Origin: an uncultured delta proteobacterium
GTDB lineage: Bacteria > Bdellovibrionota > FAC87 > UBA2466
Assembly (NCBI GenBank): GCA_963778115.1
Contig: CAVZSV010000004.1
Coordinates: forward strand, 736,001 to 800,000
DNA: 64,000 bases
Direction: 5' to 3'
Shown here: piece after piece, positions 50,201 through 63,211 of the stretch
Layout: the number at the start of each line of letters is the position of its first letter
How positions within the stretch are numbered: the stretch's first letter is position 1
Made by a program: the position numbers and the translations under genes
Notes under the pieces: generated by a model
Told to the model about the DNA's origin: nothing
The model's input: only the letters and a program-made list of their open reading frames with translations
The model's database searches: none

Positions 50201-51555
50201 GCATCCTCCGCTAATCGAATTCCGGAAAACTGCCACCGGGATGCCGGGGGATAAAAATTTCTATAGCAAGCGCGAATATGGGATTGGGGAGTCACCGCAC
50301 ATCCTCCACGGAGCACCATCTGGTTGCACATAAATTTGCCGTTGTACTCGCCCAAAGAGCCCTTTGAAGGCTGAAATCCCGGATAAGGGATATAAGGACT
50401 CGACGTCCATTCCCAAACATCGCCCCACATCTGTTGGGGAGTTTCATGGGAAGAGTCGTAATTCCGGTCGTAGGCTTTAGGGTGAAAATTACCCGACTCG
50501 AGAAAGTTTCCAGAACAGAGAACTCTCCGATCCAATGGTACGGCCGTCTCCCATTCCTGTTCCGTCGGTAATCGCTTGCCCGCCCAGCGAGCAAAAGCAT
50601 CGGCTTCATAGTAGCTCACATGACAAACCGGCTCATTTTCATCCAAAGGACTCAGCCCCGAAAGGGTCATGACTTTCCAATCGCTAGTACTGCCTCTTTC
50701 CCAATACAAAGGAGATTGCCACCTTTGTGACTTAATCGTTGCCCATCCTTCGGAAAGCCAAAGTTCGCAATGCTGGTATCCCCCACTCTCCATAAATTCT
50801 AAATACTCACCATTAGTCACTAAGTGCGAAGCCAGAGCAAAAGCGGGGAGATAAACCGGATGTCTGGGGCATTCGTTATCGAAAACAAATCCCTCTCCCG
50901 AGTGGCCGATGTCTTTCAAACCCGCCGAGTAATTTATCCAATGCCGGTCCCAAGCAACCGGTGCGGTGGGGGCCTTAGGCAAGGCGTTCGTATAGCTAGG
51001 CCGAAGGGGATTTTTGGCAAAGACGTTTTTGATATCCATCAGAATAAGTTCCTGATGTTGCTGCTCATGCTGAATCCCCAATTCCACGATAGGAAAAAGG
51101 GAACTCCTAGCTTCCAGAGTCTTCAACAGATCGGTTATCCCTCGGCTAACGTGCTTTCGGTATTCCATGATTTCAGAAAGCTTAGGCCTTGAAAGTAAAT
51201 GCCGGTCCGATTTCGGGGGAACCGAACCTACCGTTTCATAATAAGAGTTAAAAAGAGAAGCGAACTCTGCGCGGTACGGACGATATTTCGGGTTTGCTTC
51301 AGACAAGACAAAGGTTTCAAAAAACCAGCTCGTGTGTGCCAAATGCCATTTCGTGGGACTTACTTCGGGGCTGGATTGCACCATGCAATCCTCCGCCGAT
51401 AACGAGCAGACAAGGGATTCCGTTACCTGTCGCACCTTATGAAACCGGGATACCGCTTCCTTCGAATCCAAAGAAAAACTAACGGTGGGATTGTCGATTA
51501 ACTCTCGCACTAACCGCTCCTGTTGATTGAGAACTCGCGGACCACAAAACCGCAT
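50197..51555 (-). CDS. egtB: Ergothioneine sulfoxide synthase
   Basis: SPTKWHLAHTSWFFE, HEQQHQE iron motif, FGE domain, GEYNGKFM; coupled to egtD. Confidence 0.92.
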   Translation of the reverse strand: MRFCGPRVLNQQERLVRELIDNPTVSFSLDSKEAVSRFHKVRQVTESLVCSLSAEDCMVQSSPEVSPTKWHLAHTSWFFETFVLSEANPKYRPYRAEFASLFNSYYETVGSVPPKSDRHLLSRPKLSEIMEYRKHVSRGITDLLKTLEARSSLFPIVELGIQHEQQHQELILMDIKNVFAKNPLRPSYTNALPKAPTAPVAWDRHWINYSAGLKDIGHSGEGFVFDNECPRHPVYLPAFALASHLVTNGEYLEFMESGGYQHCELWLSEGWATIKSQRWQSPLYWERGSTSDWKVMTLSGLSPLDENEPVCHVSYYEADAFARWAGKRLPTEQEWETAVPLDRRVLCSGNFLESGNFHPKAYDRNYDSSHETPQQMWGDVWEWTSSPYIPYPGFQPSKGSLGEYNGKFMCNQMVLRGGCAVTPQSHIRACYRNFYPPASRWQFSGIRLAEDA

Positions 51556-51633
51556 CTTAAAGGCAGCAAAGCGCTCCTTTTGTAGCAGACTTGCGACGAT
51601 AAAAAAATGGGATTACTCGACAAAGCGACTGTA

Positions 51634-52899
51634 TTAATGATTCTGGGGGTTTATTTCGTTTTTTTCATCCCAGAGCGATTCCGTGGGGGGCACCCAGGGG
51701 GGTAACCATTGCGGACATTCTTGGGGAGGATCGTCCAAGGCCATTTCGGCGAAACTCGTCCGTCGCCCGGAACCGTGGCGCAGATCTCGAGCGAAAAGTT
51801 GTCCGTTCTCCTCTTCTATAAAGGGAAAACGGGCAAACTTAAGGAAAGCGGCAAACTCGCAATTGCTATCTCGGTACTTCTTAAGCCGAGCCAAAGGCTC
51901 CTTCCACTCGCCCACCCATTCGATATTTCGAAAATCACCATGAGAAGCTTCAGACTTGGGCATCGAAGCTTCGAGCCCTCGATGAAAACACCGGTCCTCG
52001 GAGACAATATTAGGAAAGGGAGATAAAAGGGCCCGTCTTACTACATAAGACACTTCAACGTTTTCGGTGTCTGTCGTTAACGCAAAAATGTTCCAACAAA
52101 AGGGATTAGCGGGTAGTGGTGAGACAGAGAGGTAGCGAAGGGTTTCTTTCGGAAATGCCGCTTCGTTGGCCTGTCGAAACCGTGCCCTTGCGATTTGAGA
52201 AACTCCCAGAAATAAGACGATGATAACTACAGCGCTTCCCAAGGAGCCAAAAGCACGGGTCCCCATTCGACACCGGAACTTCGCCCAAACGCCACAAAGG
52301 GCAAGTGCCGTCAGAGAAACCACGGTAGCCATTTCCCACGGGACGAAATTGCCCCACCAGCAAAATCCAACGGCAAAGACCAGAAGTGCCGTCCCGAATC
52401 CCCTCACCACTGGAGAAAATTCAGAAAAAATGATCTCCGGCAAAAGGGCAACCCAGATCCAGGGTTCAATGATAAAAACAGCATCTCCATAGTGCCACCT
52501 ATCGTCGAACGGCCAGAACGGTCTCACTCCGTACGAATTAAGACTGTCTAATCCGATGTGGACTAGAAATCCGAGCAAGATGACGCCACCCAGACACCAC
52601 TGCTCTTTGGAAGTACGCCGTTGCCGTTTTCGAATTTGAATCCGACGGTCCACTAAGATCCAAACGGCCGAAAACACCATCGCCATCAGAATGGTATGGG
52701 TATGGCCCCGATGGTGAATGAGATAACCAAGCTTTCCTCGAGTCAGGGGGGCATAGCAAAAATCGAGATCGGGGAGATTATTAGCCAGAACCGAGCTAAG
52801 GACGACGGTCCGTCTAAACTTTTTCGAGGAGTTCGGCAGAAAAGAAAGTGATGCCTCGGCAATTGAAAAACCAAATAACGAGTGGGTGAGGTTATCCAT
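51634..52899 (-). CDS. Membrane metal-dependent hydrolase (YdjM-like)
   Basis: MDNLTHSL, NLPDLD, HRGHTH, HIGLD..NSYG..PFWP, FIIEP. Confidence 0.88.
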   Translation of the reverse strand: MDNLTHSLFGFSIAEASLSFLPNSSKKFRRTVVLSSVLANNLPDLDFCYAPLTRGKLGYLIHHRGHTHTILMAMVFSAVWILVDRRIQIRKRQRRTSKEQWCLGGVILLGFLVHIGLDSLNSYGVRPFWPFDDRWHYGDAVFIIEPWIWVALLPEIIFSEFSPVVRGFGTALLVFAVGFCWWGNFVPWEMATVVSLTALALCGVWAKFRCRMGTRAFGSLGSAVVIIVLFLGVSQIARARFRQANEAAFPKETLRYLSVSPLPANPFCWNIFALTTDTENVEVSYVVRRALLSPFPNIVSEDRCFHRGLEASMPKSEASHGDFRNIEWVGEWKEPLARLKKYRDSNCEFAAFLKFARFPFIEEENGQLFARDLRHGSGRRTSFAEMALDDPPQECPQWLPPWVPPTESLWDEKNEINPQNH

Positions 52900-53020
52900 A
52901 AGGTCCAAGCCGTGAAAATTGTGCAGTGTCCGTAGACAGCGCCATCATTATAAGCTAACTGGGTAGCAAGGCCACACTTGAAACTCTTCAATGAAAAGGA
53001 GTTTCAAGCAAAGTGTTCTA

Positions 53021-53102
53021 GTCACCGGGGGTGCCGAAAAGGCTGAGAGAGCGCGAGCTCAACTCCAGGAACCTGATCTGGGTAATGCCAGCGAAGGAAG
53101 CG
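53021..53102 (+). promoter_or_regulatory. TPP riboswitch
   Basis: GGGGTGC..GGCTGAGA..ACCTGATCTGGGTAATGCCAGCGAAGG upstream of thiC. GTCTCC (53137-53142) can pair with the SD GGAGAC (53160-53165), implying translational control. Confidence 0.95.
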
Positions 53103-53158
53103 TGTCATACTCCTTTAGAGGCTCCTTTCCTTTCCCGTCTCCGGTGTTTGCGTCATAA

Positions 53159-55976
<2,818 letters not shown>

Positions 55977-55980
<4 letters not shown>

Positions 55981-56174
55981 AGATCATCGTAAATGGGAAA
56001 AAAGAGACCGTTGAGAGTATTTTCTTAACCGAAGTCCTAAAGGAGCTAGGGCTCGACGTAAATTTTGCAGCTGTCGCACTTAATTGGAAATCTATTCCCA
56101 AAACGGAACTCGAAAAGACGGCACTCCGCGAGGGAGATCAAATAGAGATTTTAGTCCCCCAATCGGGAGGTTGA
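55977..56174 (+). CDS. thiS: Sulfur carrier protein
   Basis: 65 aa; AVALN, EGDQIEI; C-terminal GG. Confidence 0.95.
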
Positions 56175-56175
56175 G

Positions 56176-56970
56176 ATGTGGAAGTTAGCGGAAGTTCAAT
56201 TAAAGACACGATTTATCTTAGGAAGCGCTCAGTACCCATCGCCGGAAGTGTTACACCAAAGCATTCTGGCCTCGGGGGCTCAGGTGGTGACGGTCGCTTT
56301 GCGACGACAGAGCCCCGAAGTCGGAGGGGGAATTCGTTTTTGGGAGGTCATAAAGAGCTGTTTGAAAAGTGTAGAAGGCAGAGTACTTCCCAATACTGCC
56401 CACTGCCGAACTGCAAAAGAGGCTATTTTAACGGCGCACATGGCGCGCGAGCTCTTTGGCACTCACTGGATAAAGCTAGAAGTAATAGGAGACGAAGCTT
56501 CTCTAGCTCCCGACCCCTTTGAACTTGTTGAGGCCGCAAGAGTGCTTTGTCAGGACGGCTTCGAAGTCTTTCCCTATACCACCGAAGATATTGTCGTGGC
56601 CGAGCGTCTCTTGCATGCGGGCTGCCACATTCTGATGCCATGGGCATCTCCCATCGGCTCTGGTCAGGGGCTCATTCATAAATCCGCATTAAGGGAGATG
56701 AGACACCGTTTTCCCGAAGCAACCCTCATTGTCGATGCCGGAATAGGTCGTCCCTCGGACGCCGCTTATGCCATGGAGATGGGATTTGACGGAGTCTTAC
56801 TCAATACCGCTGTCGCCAAAGCTCATAGTCCTGTGAAAATGGCTGAGGCGTTCCGAGAGGGAATCTTAGCCGGAAGAAAAGCATTTGAAGCGGGAATCAT
56901 GGCCCAACGAGAGGGGGCCGTAGCCAGCACTCCGCTCTGTGGTCTTCTCTTTAGCGGAGAGCTTTCATGA
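56176..56970 (+). CDS. thiG: Thiazole synthase
   Basis: TVALRR, LPNT, WIKLEVI, SPIGSGQG, VDAGIGRPSDA, VLLNTA. Confidence 0.97.
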   Translation: MWKLAEVQLKTRFILGSAQYPSPEVLHQSILASGAQVVTVALRRQSPEVGGGIRFWEVIKSCLKSVEGRVLPNTAHCRTAKEAILTAHMARELFGTHWIKLEVIGDEASLAPDPFELVEAARVLCQDGFEVFPYTTEDIVVAERLLHAGCHILMPWASPIGSGQGLIHKSALREMRHRFPEATLIVDAGIGRPSDAAYAMEMGFDGVLLNTAVAKAHSPVKMAEAFREGILAGRKAFEAGIMAQREGAVASTPLCGLLFSGELS

Positions 56971-58442
56971 AAGCTCCCGTGGCTTGGACTATTGGGGGTA
57001 GCGATTCTAGCGGAGGTTCTGGCATCCAAGCAGATTTAGAAACGTTCCGCTCTTTCGCAGTGCATGGGGCCAATATAGTCACCAATGTCACTGCCCAAAC
57101 GGCGAGTGAACTTCTCGCCGTAACTCCCGTTCCCCTTCCCGCCATAGAAGCCCAGATAACGGCATTGGAAAAACAATTTCCTGCTCAAGCTATTAAAATA
57201 GGAATGTTAGCAAATAGCGAGTGCGCTCGTTTGGTTTCGCAGTGTCTTAAGCGAAGCCAGTCTCCAGTGATTTTAGACCCGGTACTTGCCACAGGGGGAG
57301 ACCATTCTCTTTCTGATAGTAGCCTTCCCGAAACTCTTCGTCGTCAGATGGTAAGACTCTCTACCGTTTTTACCCCTAATCTGAAAGAGGCCGAATTGCT
57401 CTGCGAACGGCCGATTCGAAATGCCGACGAAATGGAATCGGCTGCCCGTCTGCTGCTAAGTGAAGGGGCAGCGTCAATTCTCATCAAAGGGGGACATAGC
57501 AACGATCCCCAGACGATTCGCCATTGCTGGAGGAGCGGTGGCCAGACCCTTTGGATCGCAAAGCCTCGGATAGCAACTTCACGCCTTCGAGGAACGGGCT
57601 GCACCCTCTCTTCTGCCATCGCAAGCGGACTCGCCCTTGGGCTCGATCTTTTGGATGCCATCATTCTAGCCGAGGTCTTTGTCACCCGATCGGTCAGAGC
57701 CTCGCGGAAGATAAATTCCGAAATCAGTTTTCTAAATCGCCCTTTGGTGGCGGAATCCGATTTTACTCCCGAAGATCTGCCCGGCCTTTGCGACGAGAAA
57801 GAAGCGTCCTCTTTAGTTTTCCCCTCTCTCTCACCAGGCGACTTGGGATTTTACCCTTTGGTCGATAGCGCTGAAAAGGCAAAGCAACTAATGCGGTGGG
57901 GTGTCAAAACCATTCAACTTAGGATAAAAAATCTCAAAGGTTCTGAGTTATTTTCCGAAATCCAACGGACAGTCGATTTTTCAAAGCAGTTTGATGTCCA
58001 ACTCTTCATAAATGATTATTGGGATCTCGCTATTCAAGCGGGTGCTTTCGGAGTTCACTTAGGACAAAGCGATCTTTCCAAGACGGCACTTAGTCAAATT
58101 TCGCAAGCAGGTCTGAAGTTAGGCATCAGCACTCACGGCTACGCGGAACTTGCCCGAGCAAACTCCATAAGACCGTCCTATATAGCTATCGGCCCTGTCT
58201 TCTCGACTGCCTCCAAGAAAGTCGAAACTAGCCCTTTGGGACTTAGGCGTTTTAGCTGCTTGCGACGTCTAGTGGTTTGCCCCGTCGTGGCTATCGGAGG
58301 CGTTACTCTAGACACCAGTAGCTCCGTCATCGCAAACGGCGCCGATTCCATTGCGCTCATCAACGATCTGACAAACATCCCTTATCTTGAGGGACGGGTG
58401 ATGGAGTGGATGAACCGATTCACACCGAGCGCAAAAGTCTAA
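56967..58442 (+). CDS. thiD: Fused HMP(-P) kinase and thiamine-phosphate synthase (ThiD-ThiE)
   Basis: GSDSSGGSGIQAD, KIGML, KGGH, GTGCTLSSA, then QLRIK, FIND, GVHLGQ, GISTH, VAIGG. Confidence 0.93.
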   Translation: MKAPVAWTIGGSDSSGGSGIQADLETFRSFAVHGANIVTNVTAQTASELLAVTPVPLPAIEAQITALEKQFPAQAIKIGMLANSECARLVSQCLKRSQSPVILDPVLATGGDHSLSDSSLPETLRRQMVRLSTVFTPNLKEAELLCERPIRNADEMESAARLLLSEGAASILIKGGHSNDPQTIRHCWRSGGQTLWIAKPRIATSRLRGTGCTLSSAIASGLALGLDLLDAIILAEVFVTRSVRASRKINSEISFLNRPLVAESDFTPEDLPGLCDEKEASSLVFPSLSPGDLGFYPLVDSAEKAKQLMRWGVKTIQLRIKNLKGSELFSEIQRTVDFSKQFDVQLFINDYWDLAIQAGAFGVHLGQSDLSKTALSQISQAGLKLGISTHGYAELARANSIRPSYIAIGPVFSTASKKVETSPLGLRRFSCLRRLVVCPVVAIGGVTLDTSSSVIANGADSIALINDLTNIPYLEGRVMEWMNRFTPSAKV

Positions 58443-58497
58443 ATTGACGCAGTGAGCAATCTTTGTTAACCAAAGGCTCACTTATCGGGGTAACGAA

Positions 58498-59199
58498 ATG
58501 AAAAAAGCTTTGTTTTTAGCAGTCTTAGCTATCTTTGTGCTCTTTCCTCAACCGGCACCGGCCAGGGCGTTTCTACTAAAGTGTGCCCAGGGAGTTCGAA
58601 ACGCGATATCCCGTGCTTGGACGCTTCATCAAGCTAGAAAGCATGGGAAGTCTCCTGTCCTCACGGTAGGAGAGTCGAAGCTCCCCTTTGATATATTTTT
58701 TGGCGACGATAACACCGTTCTGGCCTGGCCAACCAATGAACCCGAAATTACGACCGTCATCGATTTCATCGATTCTTTTTCAGAGTTTCTCTTAGCGGAT
58801 TCTAATTTCTCCAGTCTGTCCCCTGAAGCCCGCGATACGGGATCTTTAAACTATTCGTTGAAAAAAGATCCTTCTGGGAAAATAAGCCACTCTCTTACTT
58901 TTTCCGATTCCCATCAGTTCCGAGCTTTCTCCTATTTGATGGAATCGCTCACAATAGGCGACATCGTCAATCTTCGATACGATTATGGAGCCTCCACCTC
59001 TCAAAGGATAAGCATCACTTATAATATCGTCGGAAGCGGGCGAGGACCGGAAATCACCCTCTTAAGCCACGATCCTTTCAGGGAAGAGACGTTACGCTTC
59101 GCGTTGGAAACTCACGCGGATCTCAAGGAAAAGGACAGGGCACATTTGCACAGCGCCGATCTTACGGCTTTGTTAAAGATTCTAAATTCTAGGAAATAA
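58498..59199 (+). CDS. Secreted hypothetical protein
   Basis: MKKALFLAVLAIFVLFPQPAPARA signal peptide, then FLLKCAQGV. Confidence 0.7.
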   Translation: MKKALFLAVLAIFVLFPQPAPARAFLLKCAQGVRNAISRAWTLHQARKHGKSPVLTVGESKLPFDIFFGDDNTVLAWPTNEPEITTVIDFIDSFSEFLLADSNFSSLSPEARDTGSLNYSLKKDPSGKISHSLTFSDSHQFRAFSYLMESLTIGDIVNLRYDYGASTSQRISITYNIVGSGRGPEITLLSHDPFREETLRFALETHADLKEKDRAHLHSADLTALLKILNSRK

Positions 59200-59281
59200 G
59201 CGGAGTCCTAAAGGAGCGCTCCTTTATACAACGTGCATGCCCGGACAAGGACAAAGCCAGTTCGACCGGAAACGTTATCGC

Positions 59282-61066
59282 CTACTCCGTCGGAAACCGG
59301 CAAATAAACATTGCCCCAGCTCCCGGCTTACTTTCAATCCACGCCCTGCCCTCATGGCGCTGCATGATGTGTTTCACAATCGCAAGTCCTAGTCCAGTAC
59401 CGCCCTGCTCCCTAGAGCGGGCTTTATCAACACGGTAAAACCTTTCAAACAAGCGCGAGTGATGTTCGACGGGAATTCCGGGACCTGTGTCGATAACCTT
59501 TAATAAGACGTCGTTTCCTTCACGCTCCCACCGCACGGTCACTTGCCCATTGGCGGGCGTGTACTTATTCGCATTATCGAGAAGATTCACCAAAACCTGC
59601 TCCAAACGCCCCGGATCCGCAACAACCGTAGGTTCCGCAATTTCCACATTTACTCGCTGTGACTTGGCGTCAAATCGCGGCTTAAGTTGGGTCGCGACAC
59701 GATTGGTTACCTCTTCGGTGCTAAGCGACTCCTTCTGCAAAATATGATCAGATTCAATAGAAGAGAGATCCAAGAGATCTTCCATCAGATTCATGAGGCG
59801 GTTCGAGTTTCGGGCGATAATATTAAGAAACTCTTGGGAAGCCGATTTCCCCTGTTTCAAGTCTTCAATTAACGTTTCGGCATAGCCTTTAATCGACGTC
59901 AGAGGCGTTCTTAATTCGTGAGAAACGTTAGCCACAAAATCGATTCGCATCTGCTCTGCACTTTTTAGCTCGGAAACGTCATGGAAAACGCCAACAGCAC
60001 CGTAGATAGATCCGTCTTGACGTCGCAAAGGAGCTACCGAAAGCGAGAAGAAGCGTCTTAAGCCTTCCCCCTGTTCGATCGCAATCGTTCGAGTGCCACC
60101 CAATCTTCCGTCGCGAAGGGCTCCTGTGAAAGCTTCGAGAATTTCTGGGTCTCGAAATATTTCCCACAACTTGATGTTCTTTTCACGAATTTCCGATCCG
60201 CCGAACAGCAATTGAAACCGGGTATTAAAAAATAGAGGAATGCCCTCCGGATCCACCGCTAAAATCGCATCCGAAATAGCTCCCATGATAGTCGTCAATT
60301 CCACTCGCTCGGCGTCAAGCGATCTCGCTTTGGCTTCGAGATCTCGTCGAATATTGTCGATGTTGGATTCCAATTCCGACCACTCGCCGAAAGAATCGGT
60401 TTCCACCTCTTCCCGAGAAAGCGCATCTGGACTATGAGTCAAAAGACGTTGGGTCTTTAATAGGAGCCGTCCAATAGGAAATACGAGTTTTCTTCCGGAC
60501 CATATCGCAAAGCCCCCAAAAAAAAGTCCGAAAAGGGTGAGCATGAACCCCAGGGAAGTGTCGTAGAGCCCCACGGTTTCATTGAATTCGGAAAGAGGCC
60601 CCGCCGCTCGAAGGACCAATTTCCTGTCGGGCAAATAAAGGGCTCCATAATACATTTCGGTGCGCAAGGTACGGCTGTAGCGGGTCCCCACACCAAACTT
60701 TCCTTGAAGCGCACTTATTATTTCCGGTCTATCCAAAGCCGTATTGACTTCGTTGCTGTCCCGGTAGGAATCGCAAATGACATTTCCCTGTTCGTCAAAA
60801 ATACTAAATTTTAAAGAGGTCCCTTTAGAGGTACTTTCACACCATCTTTCGGAGATATTCGTGGGCAAAGTACGCGCGACAATGGTTAGCGTATCTTTGA
60901 GTTTGTCTTCGAGCTGACTGAAAAATTGTCTTTTGTAAAAGTAACGGGCCGTTAGCCCCGAAGCCGCGAGGGCCAAAAGTACCAGGAGCGCTTGGAGCAG
61001 AACCACCCGAGTGAAGATTCGCCACGGAAAAATAGTAGAGTCGGAAAGTCTCCGATCCGAACTCAC
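59282..61066 (-). CDS. phoR: Phosphate regulon sensor histidine kinase
   Basis: Two TMs, PAS, FVANVSHELRTPL, NLLDNA, FERFYRVDKARSR, GGTGLGL; GTG start overlaps the phoB stop. Confidence 0.94.
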   Translation of the reverse strand: MSSDRRLSDSTIFPWRIFTRVVLLQALLVLLALAASGLTARYFYKRQFFSQLEDKLKDTLTIVARTLPTNISERWCESTSKGTSLKFSIFDEQGNVICDSYRDSNEVNTALDRPEIISALQGKFGVGTRYSRTLRTEMYYGALYLPDRKLVLRAAGPLSEFNETVGLYDTSLGFMLTLFGLFFGGFAIWSGRKLVFPIGRLLLKTQRLLTHSPDALSREEVETDSFGEWSELESNIDNIRRDLEAKARSLDAERVELTTIMGAISDAILAVDPEGIPLFFNTRFQLLFGGSEIREKNIKLWEIFRDPEILEAFTGALRDGRLGGTRTIAIEQGEGLRRFFSLSVAPLRRQDGSIYGAVGVFHDVSELKSAEQMRIDFVANVSHELRTPLTSIKGYAETLIEDLKQGKSASQEFLNIIARNSNRLMNLMEDLLDLSSIESDHILQKESLSTEEVTNRVATQLKPRFDAKSQRVNVEIAEPTVVADPGRLEQVLVNLLDNANKYTPANGQVTVRWEREGNDVLLKVIDTGPGIPVEHHSRLFERFYRVDKARSREQGGTGLGLAIVKHIMQRHEGRAWIESKPGAGAMFICRFPTE

Positions 61067-61761
61067 TCTGCTTTCACCCGATAACCGACACCGCGGATAG
61101 TTTCCACAACATCGGAGCAACGTCCGAGCTTCTTGCGAAGGCCAAAGACATGGGTGTCTATCGTGCGATCCACCACCGTCACCCCTTCTCCTTGAACCAG
61201 ATCGATTAGCCTCTCACGAGTTAAAACGCGGCCCCGATTCTTAACCAGAGCCAAGAGAAGTTTGAACTCGCTCGGGGTTAACTGAACGTCTTTCTTGCCG
61301 CAGGTGACCTGATACGTTTCTGGATCAAGCTTTAGCTCGCCGATGTCGTAAGTTTCACCGGGCGTCTCATTAGAGAGTATCGTCCGCCGCAGGAGGGCTC
61401 GCGTTCTCGCCAAGAAAACAGGAATCTCGAAGGGTTTGGTAATGTAATCATCCGCTCCCATCTCAAGGCCCACTACGATATCCGAAGTATGCGCCCGCGC
61501 GGTTACCATGAATATGGGCATTGCAGGCGTGGTGGCCTCTCGATTGGCTCGCAACTTTTTGCACAATTCCAATCCCGAGAGTCCGGGCAGCATCCAATCC
61601 AAGACCACCAGATCGTAACGGTTTTTTTCCAACAGACTCAGGGCATCTTCCCCATTTTCGACACTGGAGACATCATGGCCTTCTCTTTTTAAATGAAGGC
61701 CTATCAGTTCGGAAATGTCCTTTTCGTCTTCCACCACCAGAATATTTGCTTTTGCGCTCAT
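61063..61761 (-). CDS. phoB: Phosphate regulon response regulator
   Basis: VVEDE, LDWMLPG, GADDYITKPF; OmpR winged helix ETIRGVGYR. Confidence 0.93.
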   Translation of the reverse strand: MSAKANILVVEDEKDISELIGLHLKREGHDVSSVENGEDALSLLEKNRYDLVVLDWMLPGLSGLELCKKLRANREATTPAMPIFMVTARAHTSDIVVGLEMGADDYITKPFEIPVFLARTRALLRRTILSNETPGETYDIGELKLDPETYQVTCGKKDVQLTPSEFKLLLALVKNRGRVLTRERLIDLVQGEGVTVVDRTIDTHVFGLRKKLGRCSDVVETIRGVGYRVKAE

Positions 61762-62435
61762 TTAGTCCTCAATTCCGATTTAGGAGTATGACGGATGTCC
61801 TCTCCTGAAATCGTAAAGATAACATCCTCAGCGATATTCGTTGCATGATCTCCGATGCGTTCCAGATTTCTCGCGATAAGTATGAGGTTTATCCCTTGTT
61901 CAAGGATGGAAACATCCTTTTTTATCTGCTCCAAGATATCTCGAAAAATTTTATTCTTTAAAGCGTCTACCTTATCATCACGTAAGCACACCTCTCGGGC
62001 CGATGATTCGCTGCCCCGAACAAAAGCATCAATCGAATGGCGCACCATCCATTTCACTTCGTCCGCCATTACTGAAAGATCGGCCACTTGAATCAAAGCA
62101 GGAACTTTCAAATAGTATTCGGCATTGTTGGCAATGTTCACCGCTTGATCGACCATCCGCTCCATCTCTCCGTTGATCTTAATCACCGCCAAGATAAGCC
62201 TAAGATCGCTCGCCAGCGGCTGTTGGGTAGCCAGCAACTTTATGCACTCGGCGTCGATAGCCAGGTGACTCTCATTCACCTTTTGCTCGATCTGATGGAC
62301 CTGGGCGATGCGATCTACACTTCGAGCCCGCCACGTTTGGATAGCGTTGTCGATGGCCACCTCGACATAGCCTCCCATCCCCATCAAGTGCTGCTTTAAT
62401 TCTTCAAGACCGACATCTAACGTCCGTTGGGTCAT
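61758..62435 (-). CDS. phoU: Phosphate signalling protein
   Basis: [33 protein letters not shown]. Confidence 0.96.
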   Translation of the reverse strand: MTQRTLDVGLEELKQHLMGMGGYVEVAIDNAIQTWRARSVDRIAQVHQIEQKVNESHLAIDAECIKLLATQQPLASDLRLILAVIKINGEMERMVDQAVNIANNAEYYLKVPALIQVADLSVMADEVKWMVRHSIDAFVRGSESSAREVCLRDDKVDALKNKIFRDILEQIKKDVSILEQGINLILIARNLERIGDHATNIAEDVIFTISGEDIRHTPKSELRTK

Positions 62436-63199
62436 CCAAACTTTCCTGTAATATACCGCTCAGTGCGCTTTTCCTTCGGAACCGTGAACATGACCGAAGT
62501 TTCGCCGAATTCTACCATCTCTCCCATAAGAAAAAAGGCTGTTTTATCTGAGATTCTGGCAGCCTGCTGAAGGTTGTGCGTTACGATGACGATGGTAGTC
62601 TCTTTCTTTAATTCCGTAATTAACTCCTCAATTTTCGCGGTACTTATCGGATCCAAGGCACTGGTAGGCTCATCCATCAAAAGCACGGGGGGCTGAACCG
62701 CCAACGCCCTTGCGATACAAAGGCGCTGCTGCTGTCCGCCGGACAAACTTGTTCCCGGATGGGAGAGTTTATCCTTCACTTCGTCCCATAAAGCGGCATG
62801 CATAAGACTGCGTTCCACTATTTCCTTTAGAATGCTGCGACGCCTAACTCCCGCTAGCTTCAGTCCTGCGGCGACATTGTCGAATATACTCATTGCCGGA
62901 AAAGGATTTGGCTTTTGAAAAACCATCCCGATCTTTCTTCGGATTACGACCGGATCGACATCGCGTTCGTAAATATCCATGCCCTCAAGTACCACATTGC
63001 CCGTGGCGGTGGCTCCCGGAACCTCTTCGTGAAGGCGATTTAGGCAGCGCACAAAAGTAGATTTTCCACAGCCGGAAGGGCCAATGAGAGCGGTTACGGT
63101 GTTCGGCTTCACGCGAAGATTTATCCCTTTGAGGGCTTGAGTCTGCCCGAACCAAGCGTTCAGATTATTCACCGTCAGCAAGTCTCTGTCTTCCAGCAC
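62432..63199 (-). CDS. pstB: Phosphate ABC transporter ATPase
   Basis: [49 protein letters not shown]. Confidence 0.97.
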   Translation of the reverse strand: MLEDRDLLTVNNLNAWFGQTQALKGINLRVKPNTVTALIGPSGCGKSTFVRCLNRLHEEVPGATATGNVVLEGMDIYERDVDPVVIRRKIGMVFQKPNPFPAMSIFDNVAAGLKLAGVRRRSILKEIVERSLMHAALWDEVKDKLSHPGTSLSGGQQQRLCIARALAVQPPVLLMDEPTSALDPISTAKIEELITELKKETTIVIVTHNLQQAARISDKTAFFLMGEMVEFGETSVMFTVPKEKRTERYITGKFG

Positions 63200-63211
63200 G
63201 AACCTGTTCTC

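Noticed and set aside
52977..53008. Hairpin CTTGAAACTC..GAGTTTCAAG upstream of the TPP riboswitch as a second riboswitch
   Set aside because: Single 10-bp stem with no recognisable aptamer features.
56967..58442. ThiD-ThiE fusion as a novelty
   Set aside because: Such fusions are already well known.
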